A DNA stretch of 64,000 nucleotides from Hemiscyllium ocellatum (Eukaryota), in NCBI RefSeq assembly GCF_020745735.1, contig NC_083424.1, forward strand, positions 18,400,999 through 18,464,998, in the 5' to 3' direction. The notes under the pieces were generated by a model that worked only from the letters and a program-made list of their open reading frames with translations, was not told where the DNA came from and made no database searches. Each line of letters begins with the position of its first letter. Within the stretch, counting starts at the first letter, position 1. Shown here one piece after another: positions 35,606-47,457 of the stretch. A program made the translations under genes and the position numbers.

Positions 35606-36124
35606 ATGGGCAACAGTGCAAGTGATAACTTTAGCGACTTTGAGGAATTTGACTTTGGCACCAGCGAAGACGATCTAATCAATGATGTTTCGGCAAGTTT
35701 TGGTGATTTAGACACAAATGAATACCTGGAACAATATGGAGCAATCATTTATTTATATATTGTTGGGGAGGCAAAGACATCCTTTTACAAAATTGGCCAC
35801 ACGATTTGCCCCCAGCGAAAACGAGCAAAACTTCAAGTTGGAAATCCTCGTAAACTTATTTACAAGAGTGTCCTGAAATTACAATTATTGAAGAAGAAAC
35901 GGGGAGACTTTTTCAAGCTGAAGGATTTGGCTGAGCATATTGAAGCTGAAATCACTAAGGAGCTGGTAGATTTCAGTTGTGAATATGAACAATGCAGTAA
36001 ATGGTTTGAGTTCAGTGCAGCAACCAAACCCATTTTGTATGACATTTTCAAAACAAAAGTTTACAATATTGTTAATCTGAACAAAGACTGGGTCACTGTA
36101 GAACCTGTTCCTAAGAAACGCTGA
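35606..36124 (+). CDS. Uncharacterised T5orf172/MUG113-type GIY-YIG domain protein with N-myristoylation-like and acidic N-terminus (172 aa)
   Basis: Motifs YLYIVG...YKIGHT..P......LQVGNP..L...AEHIEAEI...KWF. Unbroken ORF, strong Kozak (actATGG), in-frame TAG at 35600, clean acceptor cattttctctccAG ending at 35540. Confidence 0.75.
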   Translation: MGNSASDNFSDFEEFDFGTSEDDLINDVSASFGDLDTNEYLEQYGAIIYLYIVGEAKTSFYKIGHTICPQRKRAKLQVGNPRKLIYKSVLKLQLLKKKRGDFFKLKDLAEHIEAEITKELVDFSCEYEQCSKWFEFSAATKPILYDIFKTKVYNIVNLNKDWVTVEPVPKKR

Positions 36125-36185
36125 CTATTAGTATGATCACTGGGATTTCATTTCAGGGTCAGCTGACTGTTGGAAATGAGCATTT

Positions 36186-36352
36186 AACCTTTGCTATTAG
36201 ACTCCAGTCTGTAAGCCATTCCCAGTTATCCATCATTGTATCTATTCTATTTATAAACCTTCAATTAGATTCCAACCTGTAAATCATTTCTAGGTAAACA
36301 TTACAAGACCTTAATCTTGTGGTCAGGCAGCAACTTGTAAATCATTCCCAAG
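36186..36352 (+). repeat. Three degenerate copies of a motif in the putative 3'UTR
   Basis: ctgtaagccattcccag (about 36209), ctgtaaatcatttctag (about 36277), ttgtaaatcattcccaag (about 36335). The first two also share the upstream aacctt...attaga.tcca. Confidence 0.6.
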
Positions 36353-36519
36353 TCTTTGTTATTTTTAATTTGAAAATCCAAGCCCCCTGAGTAGGTTCTA
36401 GTCTGTTACTTTTGGATATCTTGTCATTCTGTCAGTGAATCTTATAGGGTTGTTTTCAGAAAACGTGGGCTCTGCAAGACACTGATTGAGCATAATTTCG
36501 ATTATTGGATATAAACCAG

Positions 36520-36840
36520 TGCTAAATGTTCATAATGTCTGTGAGCTCCTTGTTTTTACTCCACTGAAGTTGAAGAATGCTCATGCTGGCTTTTTGCAGG
36601 ATGGCTCAGGGATCAAAGAAAAGGGTCTAGAGATTCTCAGACACAGAACTGGAGATCCAGAGGATAAGTGATGCCTTGTACAACAGCAGGAAATATTTTT
36701 TCATCTTGGCCTCCTGACTCTCCATCCTGCAGCAATTGCTGCTACTATTCCCGGTTCATGTCCTGCTACCATTCCTCACTTAGACAGGAGAGGACCTCTG
36801 TACTTCACAATAAGCACTTCCATTCTCTGAATGTTTCTGT
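36520..36840 (+). mobile_element. Highly degenerate HARBI1/Harbinger transposase remnant
   Basis: Across frames: VHNVCELL...AGFLQDGSG...SQT...IQRISDALYNSRKYF...HNKHFHSLNV, resembling ASGSFQ...SQ...IR.VTDAL...NRKGFHSLNVQ. Confidence 0.4.
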
Positions 36841-37749
36841 AAAGTGGGGTAGCACACGACCCTTAATTTTCATAAGTGAAATCCTGAGGGAATTTGTAGA
36901 AATAAGTGTTGCAGGGGCATTAGTGAAGTGTTGACAAAGTTGAGAAAGTTTCCAATGTGTTTCAGAAATCCTATTCACAGCAAGTGAGCTGGAAATAATG
37001 AGTTTGCCTTTAAGTTGATGTCCACATCAATATCATGCTTGCTCCCAAATAGGTGGTCACTGTTAAGAGGGAGCATACGGATAAATGGTAGCTACTAAAA
37101 TTTCATGTGATTCCAGTGCTAGCAAGAATTTTAAACTGCAATGAATCTCTTCATGAGTCTCTGGACAGCTGTCCCTAGTATAGGTTTTCATCTCCTTTAT
37201 TGAGTTGGCATCTTGTGTTAAACATGGGCTGAACCTACATTTTAGCTCAAGATATCATCTTGAACAGCCACAATAATCAACAACATCTGCATTTACTGCA
37301 GGAAATCACCCTCATTATGTTTAACTGCTTAGCCAGAGAAGTTAAGATTAAGCAAAGATTAAATCTACTTCCTACTCGGGTTATTGTTTAGGTACTCATT
37401 GGTGGAACTGCTGTTAAAAACTTGTATTAGTGAGATTCTAATTGCTGAGGGAAGTTTCTGTGGATTACGAGCTGCTTTTAGCTTTAAAGTTCCTGCTCTT
37501 TGTAGAAACTAAGTTATGCTCAGAAAGAAAAAAACACAAATGACTTCCTTTCTTTCTAAATTAAAAGTGATAATTTGAACTGTAAAATCTAAGACGTGGG
37601 GGAGCTTGTTAGCTATGTTTAGATGATTCTTTTTACATTAACATCAAATGAATTTCCATCACAAATACCAATTGGGCAGAGCTGGCAAGATACTCATTGA
37701 GACAGTGATTAAGAAACTTGACAGTGTCTTATTATCAAATGCTAAACAA

Positions 37750-38060
37750 GGGGACGGCATGGTGGCTCAGTGGTTAGCACTGCTGCCTTACAGTCCATCC
37801 TCGGGCGACTGTCTGTGTGGAGTTTGCACATTTGCCCTATGTCTGTGTGGGTTTGTTCCGGTTTCCTCCCACAGTCCAAAGATATGCAGGTCAGGTCAAT
37901 TGGCCATGCTAAATTGCCCATAGAGATGTGTAGTTTAGGTGCATTAGTCAGGGCAAATATAGGATAGAGGAATATGTCTGGGAGAGTTACTCTTTGGAGG
38001 TTGGTGTGGACTTGTTGGGCCAAAGGGCCTGTTTCCACACTGTAGGGATTCTAATTCTAA
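37750..38060 (+). mobile_element. Shark SINE
   Basis: ggcatggtggctcagtggttagcactgctgcct head through gggcctgtttccacactgtagggattcta tail. Confidence 0.88.
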
Positions 38061-38679
38061 AAAAAAGTACCGAAACTGAATTCAATCTTTTCGTATAGAA
38101 CATTGGGCAAATGCACATAAAGCAAGTTTGAAGTCTATTACACTTAAGTGAATGGGAGCATGTTGACTTAGGAACTTAACAGATAGAAAAGGTGAAATGT
38201 CAACAGTGCATGGTCTCTCTGTTCATCTTTAGTGGGAGAGATGCTATCTATGATTATTTTAGCACCAACGGTCCAGTAAGCTGTTTGTTTTGGGAGTTAA
38301 ATCTAGGTTTGTTTTAAAAAGCTCAGTACAACCTGAGGGGTTACAAAATCAATTTCTTTCTTCAAGTCAAGGAAGGATCTTCAAATGAGGGATATTTGAC
38401 CTGAAGATTTATTTAAAGAAAACCCAAGGTAAGCTATATTGTTATTAGATGGGTTGATGATGATTAGGGAGGTTCTCTGCTTTCAATTCATCTGAATGCT
38501 TGCTGATAGACTTAGCTATAACTCAAACCTGGTGTGAGCAGTTTTCAGTTCATCGAAAGCAGTTAGCTAAAATAAATGATAGTTGGATCTGTACTGTAAG
38601 CTTCAGAAAAGCTAACTTGATTATTAGTTATGTGGAAAATGCATAGGACCTAATCTCAGTTTCAACTTCAAGGGGGATG

Positions 38680-41600
38680 TGATGAAAGTTGTGCAATTTA
38701 TGCATGTGTTAATATCATTCTCAGGGTTTTGATTTAAAAATTGTGGCATATGGTTGTTGGCTACTTTTACAAAGAGCTTTATAAAAAATAAACTAAATCA
38801 GACAGTCCTTCTAGAGGAATGATCATTCCAAGATGGATTGTGAATGGAAAATTGCTTATATTGTGATAGTCTATCACAGTTGAATGAACATAAGACTACT
38901 TACAGTTCGGAATAAGAAGTAATGTGTTCATTTTAGAAAATCCAGAGGTTGAGCATTCTTTGGAGAGTTCAAAGGAGACCTGACAAGAGTCAGAAGCAAA
39001 CATTGTTTCTTTTCTTCCAGGACTATAGGGCATAGTATATTTAGTTTCTACAGTTACCTCAGTAAAAAAATGTTTAGTTTGTTTGACTTCCAAACCAAGA
39101 GTGTTTGGTTAGAAATCTGTAGGTTATTAGAAGCTGAGATGTCTAAGTTTGCAGTTTTGTGGGGGATTTGTGTATAAAGATCCTACTGTTCTTAGGACAG
39201 AAACGGGATAATCAGTTAAGTAGCACTTAAAGATGGACAAGTAATCTTTCCTGATTTTATTCTCTATGTAATATAAAATATCTGATTTATAATCATTTTT
39301 AGTATAATTTATTTGAAATTTGGGTTTTGGATTAGTAACGTTTGGGTTTTCTGTGTGTTTCGAGTTATTAACTAACTTGCGGATATTTTTGTCATTATGC
39401 TGATTAATTTTGAAACAGTTTATGAGGGCTACTTTGTCAGCCTCATGAGGTTTTCTTTACTCCAAGATTTTTTGGTTTAGCAAGGCAGACAATTGTACCA
39501 CTGTTAGAAATTTATGGACTTAGAATACTTTGAAATTTAGGGTGAACACCCATAAATTAGAGGGAGAATTTTAATTTCTGTTTTACTTTGTTTTGGGCAA
39601 TTCTATGAAGCCCAAGTTTGAAGACATAAGTATAACGCATGTTCCTGAGGAGGGGAAAATATAGTGAAGTTAGATTATCATAGAGTAAGGAGTTAGTGAT
39701 ACTCCCAGACTAGAGGTTTGGGATAAAACACGGAAGAGGACTTGAATATTAGTATAATTGTGGGTGATAACAATAGTTCCAGACATAAGCTATCAGAAGT
39801 ATACACTTATCTTAAACCTATCAAGGTGTTAGAGAAGGGATTCCTGGTGGTAGGGACTGTACAGAGGGTGTTACCTTTTTAAAACCTCTGAAGCAGTTTT
39901 TTAGGAGTAATTGGATTGTAATTTTACTGTATGTTTCAATTTGTGTGATGAATAAAACAATTCATTTATTCTATTTTATTTTCATTTCTCTCAATTAACA
40001 AACTTATTTTTTATTGATAAAACGAATTCTGCAACATTGTATGTCTAACTCAGTGAGAAACCACTTTATTAAAACCAAAAATGAATCTATCAAGCCAGAT
40101 TTTAGTCTGGGATCTGACTTCTCTGATAATAACATCTCTGGAGATCATAACATCTGTAACAGATAGTATTGGAAAGAAGGTTGAAAACGTTGCTTTGCTG
40201 TATGTTTTAAGATCTTCTCTTCTTATGTGTCATAAACTCTTTTGTCATTAAAGAAACTGGTGATTATGTTTCTGTGACTTATATGTTAACTGGTATATAA
40301 AAATATATGACCAATCTTGTCGGACCTAATTGTGGGATATGACTTGTCCAGTAATACCATCAGTTGAGTTCGTAATAAATAGGAACTCTTCAGGAATTTT
40401 AAGTCATTGAATTTAAAAGGGATCTGTATCTCTTTTAAAAGAGACAAGGATATGGAATTTCTGAACATATCACAGGGGTGTTGTGCGAAGTTTAATTGCA
40501 CATTCTAGAGTATCACGGTTGCTTTGAGTGTGACTAGGAAATTCCTGGGAGTAGAAGACATTGTGGTGGATTATTTGAAATCTTTGACTAAGACAGTTAT
40601 CAGATAAATTGAAGGCAGACAAAGAAGCAGGTTATTGTAATGGGGAAATTCATATCCAATATGTACAGCTAATTAAGTGAAAACCGAAACTGAGATATCA
40701 TAGCCAGAATAGTACAGATCCAGGTGGGAAAGAAAAAAGGAACTGAAGTTGGAGAACTGAGAGAAAAAAAACTAGAAAAGACTTGAATTGAAAGAAAAAG
40801 AAATAAACAGAAACATAAAGAAAAGGAAATGCAAAGAGAAAAGTATTAGAAAGGGAGAAGAAAGAAAGAAAACGAGAATTGGAAATAATAATCCTCAACC
40901 GTAGAATAAAGAGAGTAAAGGGGAAACAAAGGGTCATGGAAAGGGAGATGGAATTGAAAAACTTGAACTCCAAAGGGATAGGGAAACATAAATTGGCCAG
41001 GGAAAAGCTTAGCATAAAGAAGGAAAGAAGAAGAAACAGCTTGGAGGAAGATTCTGATTCCAATGAGAGATTTGATTTAACTAAAAATGTACTTAGTGCC
41101 CAGGTTTACTGAGGGTAGAGTCAAAAGATATTGGAAAGGTAGCTCAGCAGATAAAGTGACCAATGATGTTTGGACCTGAAATATTTTGACGACTACAGTT
41201 ACGACTGTAGCAGAGGATCAATCTGCAGGTCATAAACTATTGAAAAAAAACAACACTCAAAACACATGAGTCTGTCCCTCGAGTCATCAAGTAACATTTA
41301 TCATAGAGCCATAGAGATGTATAGTACGGAAATAAACCCTTCGGTCCAACTCATCTAAGCCGACCAAATTAATCTAGTCCCATTTCTCAGCAGTTGGCCC
41401 ATATCTCTTTAAACCTTTCTTATTCATATAGCCATCCAGATGCCTTTTAAACATTGTGATTGTACCAGCCTCTACCACTTTCTCTGGAGCTCATTCCATA
41501 CAGGCACCACCCTCTGTGTGAAAAAATTGCCCCTTATTTCCTTTTTAAATCTTTCCTCTCTCACCCTAAACCTATACTCTCTAGTTCTGGACTCCCCCAC

Positions 41601-43710
41601 CTCAGGGAAAAGACCTTGTCTACTTATGCTATCCATGTCCTTCATGATTTTATAAACCTCTTTAAGGTCACCCCTCAGGCTCCGATACTCCAGGGAAAAC
41701 AGGCCTAACCTATTCAGCCTCTCTCAAACCCTCCAACCCTGGCAACATCCTTGTAAATCTTTTCTGAACCCTTTCAAGTTTCACAACATCCTTCCTATAG
41801 GAGGGAGACCAGAATTTGATGAGGAAGAAACCCAACCAGACATTTGTAGAATTTTAAAGAGAAAAGGAAAGGCTGTGAGATCAATGGTTTTGATCACTGA
41901 AGTTTGAGAAAAAAAGGAAGGGAAATTATGATCATGGAAAAATTCAGAAATAGCATTATTGTAAAACTAGAAGCTTATTTAAATTAACCTCGAGTATCAA
42001 AGATCAGAAAAGCAGCAGTTCTGGGAGAAACATATGCTGTCTTTTAAGATATTTGCAGATGGTGAGATAGTCTTATGAGAGTCCATCAGAAAACTGAGTA
42101 CAATATGAAGTAAAAAGATGGAAGAGGCAGCAGTTTTAGGGAACAAAGAGGAGGACACCAAAGCATTAAAGAAGCTAAGTTAGAACCAAAATGATTTAAA
42201 AACAACATACTTCCACTGTAATAATACTGGACATAAAGGTAAATGCAGTAATAGGAATGCCTAAGAAATCCTCAGCAAAAAAGGGCATCAAGAAAGATAA
42301 TAGGTATTGCATTTGTGGTAGCAATACAAAAAGTATATGTTCCCTCATAATTTACTGAGACTGGAGAGATGCTGGGCAGTCCATAAATTCTTCTTTAGAT
42401 ATTAATGAAGAGAATCAGACAGCTGGAGGTTCTGAATAATTTATCTCAAAAGAAGAGATATTACTCTATAACTTGAATTGAGGAGGTAAACTGGAAAGAT
42501 ATTGAAAGACACAAGAGTAAGTCAGCCTTGGATTTTGCTGATAATACTCTTTGAATTCCACAGGATTAATAAAGGAAAAAAATTGGAGGTATATATGGAG
42601 ATAACAAACCAGCCCTATTGTACATGGTGGGGTTAAAGAGTGACTTAACAATTGGAGGAGGTGTTGCTGGAATAATAAAGAAAGTCCCACAGAAGGTTCC
42701 GATTTATCTTGCGAAATGACCTGGCAGGTTCAAAAATATTCACCTTATTGCTGTTGGTAGAGCAAACAGTAGAGGTTTAAAAAAAATGACATACTACAGA
42801 AGGATCATTCCGAATTGCTACATGTTTGTTTTGTGACTATGAATTAGCCAGGAAGAAGAGGAGTCTATGAAAAAGATTCAACTGTGAGGTTACATTTTCA
42901 AATCTTTATACAAAACAAATGAAGATAAGAAGAATGACATGACATGTTTAGCCCATCTTCTTCAATAGGAATACAACAAACAGATCCTGTATTGGAGAGA
43001 GTTATAACAAACAGCCAACTCAGAAATTGAATCTGAATCAATATCTGTCAATTATTACGTGTGAGATAATTTACTAATGAGAAATTGGAGACAAACTCAA
43101 ATATCATCTGATTAGGAATGGGCAGAGTCTGTCAGGTGGTGGTTCCATTTGAGTATCTTCATTAAACTTTACAAATAACTCAAAATTCCAATGGCAGGCC
43201 ATTAAAATGTGACTAAAGCATAGGCTAAGATATTAAAAGCATTGTTAATGGCCTAGACTAAATAAACATGTATCCAAATTTTACCAGATATGACATGTAT
43301 ATCAAGCATTGGAAAACTGCAGACGTCAATTAATCTTGTTTCTTTAAATCTGATACCAGATTCAGCAGCACCTTAATAGATTGTGTAGAACCCCTAGCTA
43401 AAACATAGAATGGAAATCAGAATATTTTAGCAATAATGGATGTTTCAGCAAATTTCCCTAAGGCAATGTCTTTTAGAAAAAATTATTTCAAAATGACAGT
43501 GGAAAAATTATTACAGTATTTTACAAGATATGGATTATCCAAAGAAATACAGTTATATCAAAGTCTAAATTTTATCTCACAACAATTCACAGAGTTAATG
43601 AAAAGTTCAAAGGATAAAAAGCTTAGCTTAAGTAGTGAATAACAATTTCATCTTTCACTTATCATCCACAATCTTCGAGTATGTTGAAAAAATTGCATGA
43701 CATTTTAATG
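38680..43710 (+). mobile_element. Decayed Gmr1-like Gypsy element (LTR-like region, gag, protease, integrase)
   Basis: LTR-like end gggatctgac...gatcataaca (about 40152); E/K/R-rich gag coil then FDLTKNV; LRNDLAG; integrase IDCVEPLAKT*NGNQNILAIMDVSANFPKA, with no RT recognised between protease and integrase. Confidence 0.65.
41303..41815 (-). mobile_element. CR1 3' fragment nested in the Gypsy gag
   Basis: catagagccatagagatgtatagtacggaaa tail and the reverse complement of the CR1 3' ORF2 end. Confidence 0.85.
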
Positions 43711-46700
43711 TGTTTGATTTCCAACTCCATCAAATTCCATATGTGGAGTGCCCCTTTAAAGACCAGAATTGAATTCAACTAATGAGGGCCATCATCACAC
43801 CAATTCAACCTCGCTAGTGCGGAAATAATGTGCGTGTGCACTGGTTTCATTAAAAAGCTACTGACAGACAAGCAGCACTTGATTCAGGATTTTCTACATA
43901 TCGCAGGATGCATCCCCTCCACCTCAGCTTGCCAGGAGCTTCAAATCAAGACCACTACTTTTTGGAAAGCTCAATTTTGATTAAACATAACATAGTTTTG
44001 TCTCTATTAAGAGTTCTGTATTTAAAATCGTTGATAATAATGATTAAACAATGCATGTTTACCACGGTTAGCACAGACAGGTCTCCATGTTCAATGTAGT
44101 AATCAAACGAAAAGTCATCAATGATAGAATGGTACTAAGTTCAACCTCATTTATAAGTGTTAATTTAATCACTAGAGGGCACTACTTGATCAAAAATCAA
44201 ATAGTTTGACATGATTCTCTTCAATTCTTTTATAGAATTTGCATAAGTTTTATTATGTGAACATTACGGTTCAAGTAATATCAGAGCATGCACCTAGATA
44301 TTTGTAAACATTAGCAGAAAAGAGTTGAATCATCAAAAAAATGGACATCGAGAACAACAAAACTTAAACAATTGGCCTCCTAGACCCTGCTCAATGCCAG
44401 CAGTACAATAATTCGGACGTGATCCTTATCACTGAGATTTATGAAATCTTGTTCAAAGTGTGTATGCTTCTCCTGTACTGGGGATAATACATATCAGCAA
44501 TGTCTCCTGTACAAAACACCCAGCAATGCCAGGGATCTGCCATCCTCCCCCATAAGTGCGTCAATTAGAGATGGATGGGGAGAAAATCATTTTGGAATGA
44601 GGCTTTTAAAAGAATCCAATTAAGGAGTGTTGCTGAGTTTAATTACCATTGTTGCCGAGCTAAGTGCACTCTTTTTCCAGAAAATGTTTGCATTAGTGAA
44701 TGAAAAGGAAATGAGATCATATCTGTGTGATTTCCTCGAACTGGCTTGTGTGCATTTGGATCTAAAAGAATAAGAAAACATCTATTATGCAGATACTTCT
44801 GGTTTGCAATATATGTGACAATGTTGATCCCATTGGCACTGATATTCGTTCAGAAGGATAGTGAAGTGTGTGGCAAGAATTCAGGACAAATTGGGAAAAC
44901 TAAATTTGTGAATGCTTCAACGCGAGGAAATCTTACATTCTGGTAGGAATGAAATCTATTGTTCTAAATTCTGGATTATACAGTTTTTATTAATTTATTT
45001 TCAACTTTTCTTCTTCTCATGAAAGCATAGTATCATAAAGGGATTGAGTGTGTTCTGAGCATTAACTTGGGACCTTTATTATCTGTCGAGTTCCAGTTAG
45101 CTCCTTTAGCCTTTTTAAAGGGAATTACTTTGAAATGAGAAAGAGGAGCAATCAGGAGAATGGTTTATGACAGATTACTTCATGTGGAGTAAAACACTGA
45201 TGTAGGTATAATTGTTAGAATGGCCTGTTTCTTTACTGCAATATTCCATGGTCTATTTTAATAAAGATTTGTTGCCAGCTGGTTCACCACACATGTGTGT
45301 TGTACAGTATAATTGTGGGATTTGTGAATTTATAAGTGAAATTTTAATATGTGTGAGTCAATGGGCATAGCTACGGCACAGATGAGCATGTCAAGGAATT
45401 GACTTCAACTGTCAATCTTCAGCTTACACTGGGGCAGAAGGAAAGAAAAGTCCAATCAGTGAAAGAAAGCCTCAGGAGTGGACCATCCCACTCCAACCCC
45501 ACACCAGATCAAATCCCCACTTCCAAGGAGGGAAAAAAGAAAGCTCTGAGTGAGTGGAACCCTACCCACAATCATGGACCACACACTGTACGTTTGGATT
45601 CTCCCACTCCCTCCACCCTGTGGTGTAGGTATCACTGAGCAAGAGACTAAATTCACTTCTTGTCAGTGGTAGATTTTAAATAGCTTTGGTTGAAAAGCGA
45701 TCTTTCAAACAATCAAGCTGTAAACAAATGCTAGATTTGATTGATTATTAGGGATGAATGAATTACAATGCCACAATCTATCAGTAAATAGTGGGATTGA
45801 GGTTTATCAGCAACTCACATAAAGGAACTGTTTCCTTTCCCACTGTGCTGGCACCAAGTGCACCCTTTATGATAATTTGGGTAAAATTAAAATTGAATTA
45901 CAACATTTAAGTTGGAAAACAGAAACCAGTTTATATCAGTCCTAATCTTTCTTGGATCAAATTGTCTGAATTACAGTTCTCTCTCACATTCCCAAATCTG
46001 TTTATCCACATTTTCTAGTCTATTCCTGAATGTTAACGTAGTTGCTGGCTCAATCACAAACACTGGAAATTATTTCATAGCCTCACAGCTCTGTAAAGAC
46101 ACTGCCCTCCATCTAAGATCTTGGATTTTATTATGCATCTATGGACCCTCATTCTAGACCCTTCAACTATTGGAGATCATCTATTTGTTTGTTCCATCCC
46201 ATCCTTTCATAACGGTAAACATTTCTATCTGATCCTGCCTTAAGCTGTATTGTTTTAAATAAAATCTTTGTAATACCAAGCAGCATCCTAAAAGGAAAAA
46301 AACCCAGAAAATATAGAAAGTACTCAGCAGATCAAACAATATCAGTAGAGAGTGAAGCAGACCTTTCAATCAAACCTGGAAAATATGATCAATTTTATTT
46401 TACTGAAACGGAGGATGCAATAAGAATAACATGAAAGATCCATGACCATGTGGAAGCTAGGGGAGATTAAATAACAAAGGAGTTGAGGGGATAAGGCCAA
46501 AAGGACTGGGACAAGTACAGAAACAGAAAAAAAATGCATTCAGAGGACGAGTGAATGCCAGAATGAAGAACAGATGCTACCTGAAAACAAAGACATTGGA
46601 AATAAAGACTTAAACCCCACAAACCTGCAAAAGAGAAGAAAATAATTGGGGCAGAGATTGAAGCCTGAAATTGTTGAACTACCATTGAGCCAAACCAAAA

Positions 46701-47457
46701 GGTGGATTGCCATTTCTTTAGCTGATGGGACCTTTCATTAAAGATGCACAGATCTTTTTCTATTGTCTAAACTCCCATCCAGAAATCGACACCCAAATAT
46801 ACTGTACACATTATTCAAACTCTTGGCTTTTACATCTACTGCTGTTGTGCTAAAATTTTGAATTCCATTTATTTAATAACCATAATGCAGCCTTATGAAC
46901 TTAAACCCCCAAAATCTTCTGTTCTTCTACAGTGCTAAGCCTAATTCCAGGCAGTGCTTCATCATTGTTGTCTTTTAAACAATGCATATTTTCAATTATT
47001 AACAATTACACTTGTTACTCTTGGCACTATCCCCTAGATGTTAGGAAGATGACCTTGCAGGGTCAATAAGGTGTGTTTGTCATTGTCATTTCTGTTGCCT
47101 TAGTCATTGCCAAGTGTTCCATCTGGTTTGTTTCTTTTTCAGAGATTTTTAGCAGTTGATAACACTGCGTGGCTTTGGCTGTTTCCTGACAGTGAAGAGT
47201 CTGCCACATTGCTGTGGGTCTGGTGTCACCTGTAAGCCAGACCAGGTAACGTCAGCAATTTCCTTCTCTAAAAGACATTAGTGAACCACCAGTTTTTTTA
47301 TCTACAAATATTTCATGATTATCAATAAGCTTTTAATTCAAAAGTGGGGTGCTGGAAAAACACAGCCTGTCAGGCATCATCCCAGGAGCAGGAGAGTCAA
47401 CCTTTGGAGCATAAACACTTCATCATGTGATCAAAATGTCTTTCTCCTGTTCCTCAG

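Noticed and set aside
35606-36124. Explaining the ORF as a Penelope endonuclease, SLX1/ANKLE1 fragment or bacterial contamination
   Set aside because: It lacks the CxxC and LYIGET/HF motifs of the Penelope ENs here, has the KIG/LQ.GNP/WF pattern instead, and sits among shark repeats with a eukaryotic acceptor and Kozak context. A search is still needed to confirm.
40698-41112. Lys/Glu/Arg-rich ORF and its Phe/Leu-rich antisense ORF
   Set aside because: Decayed Gypsy gag coiled-coil region with low-complexity purine bias.
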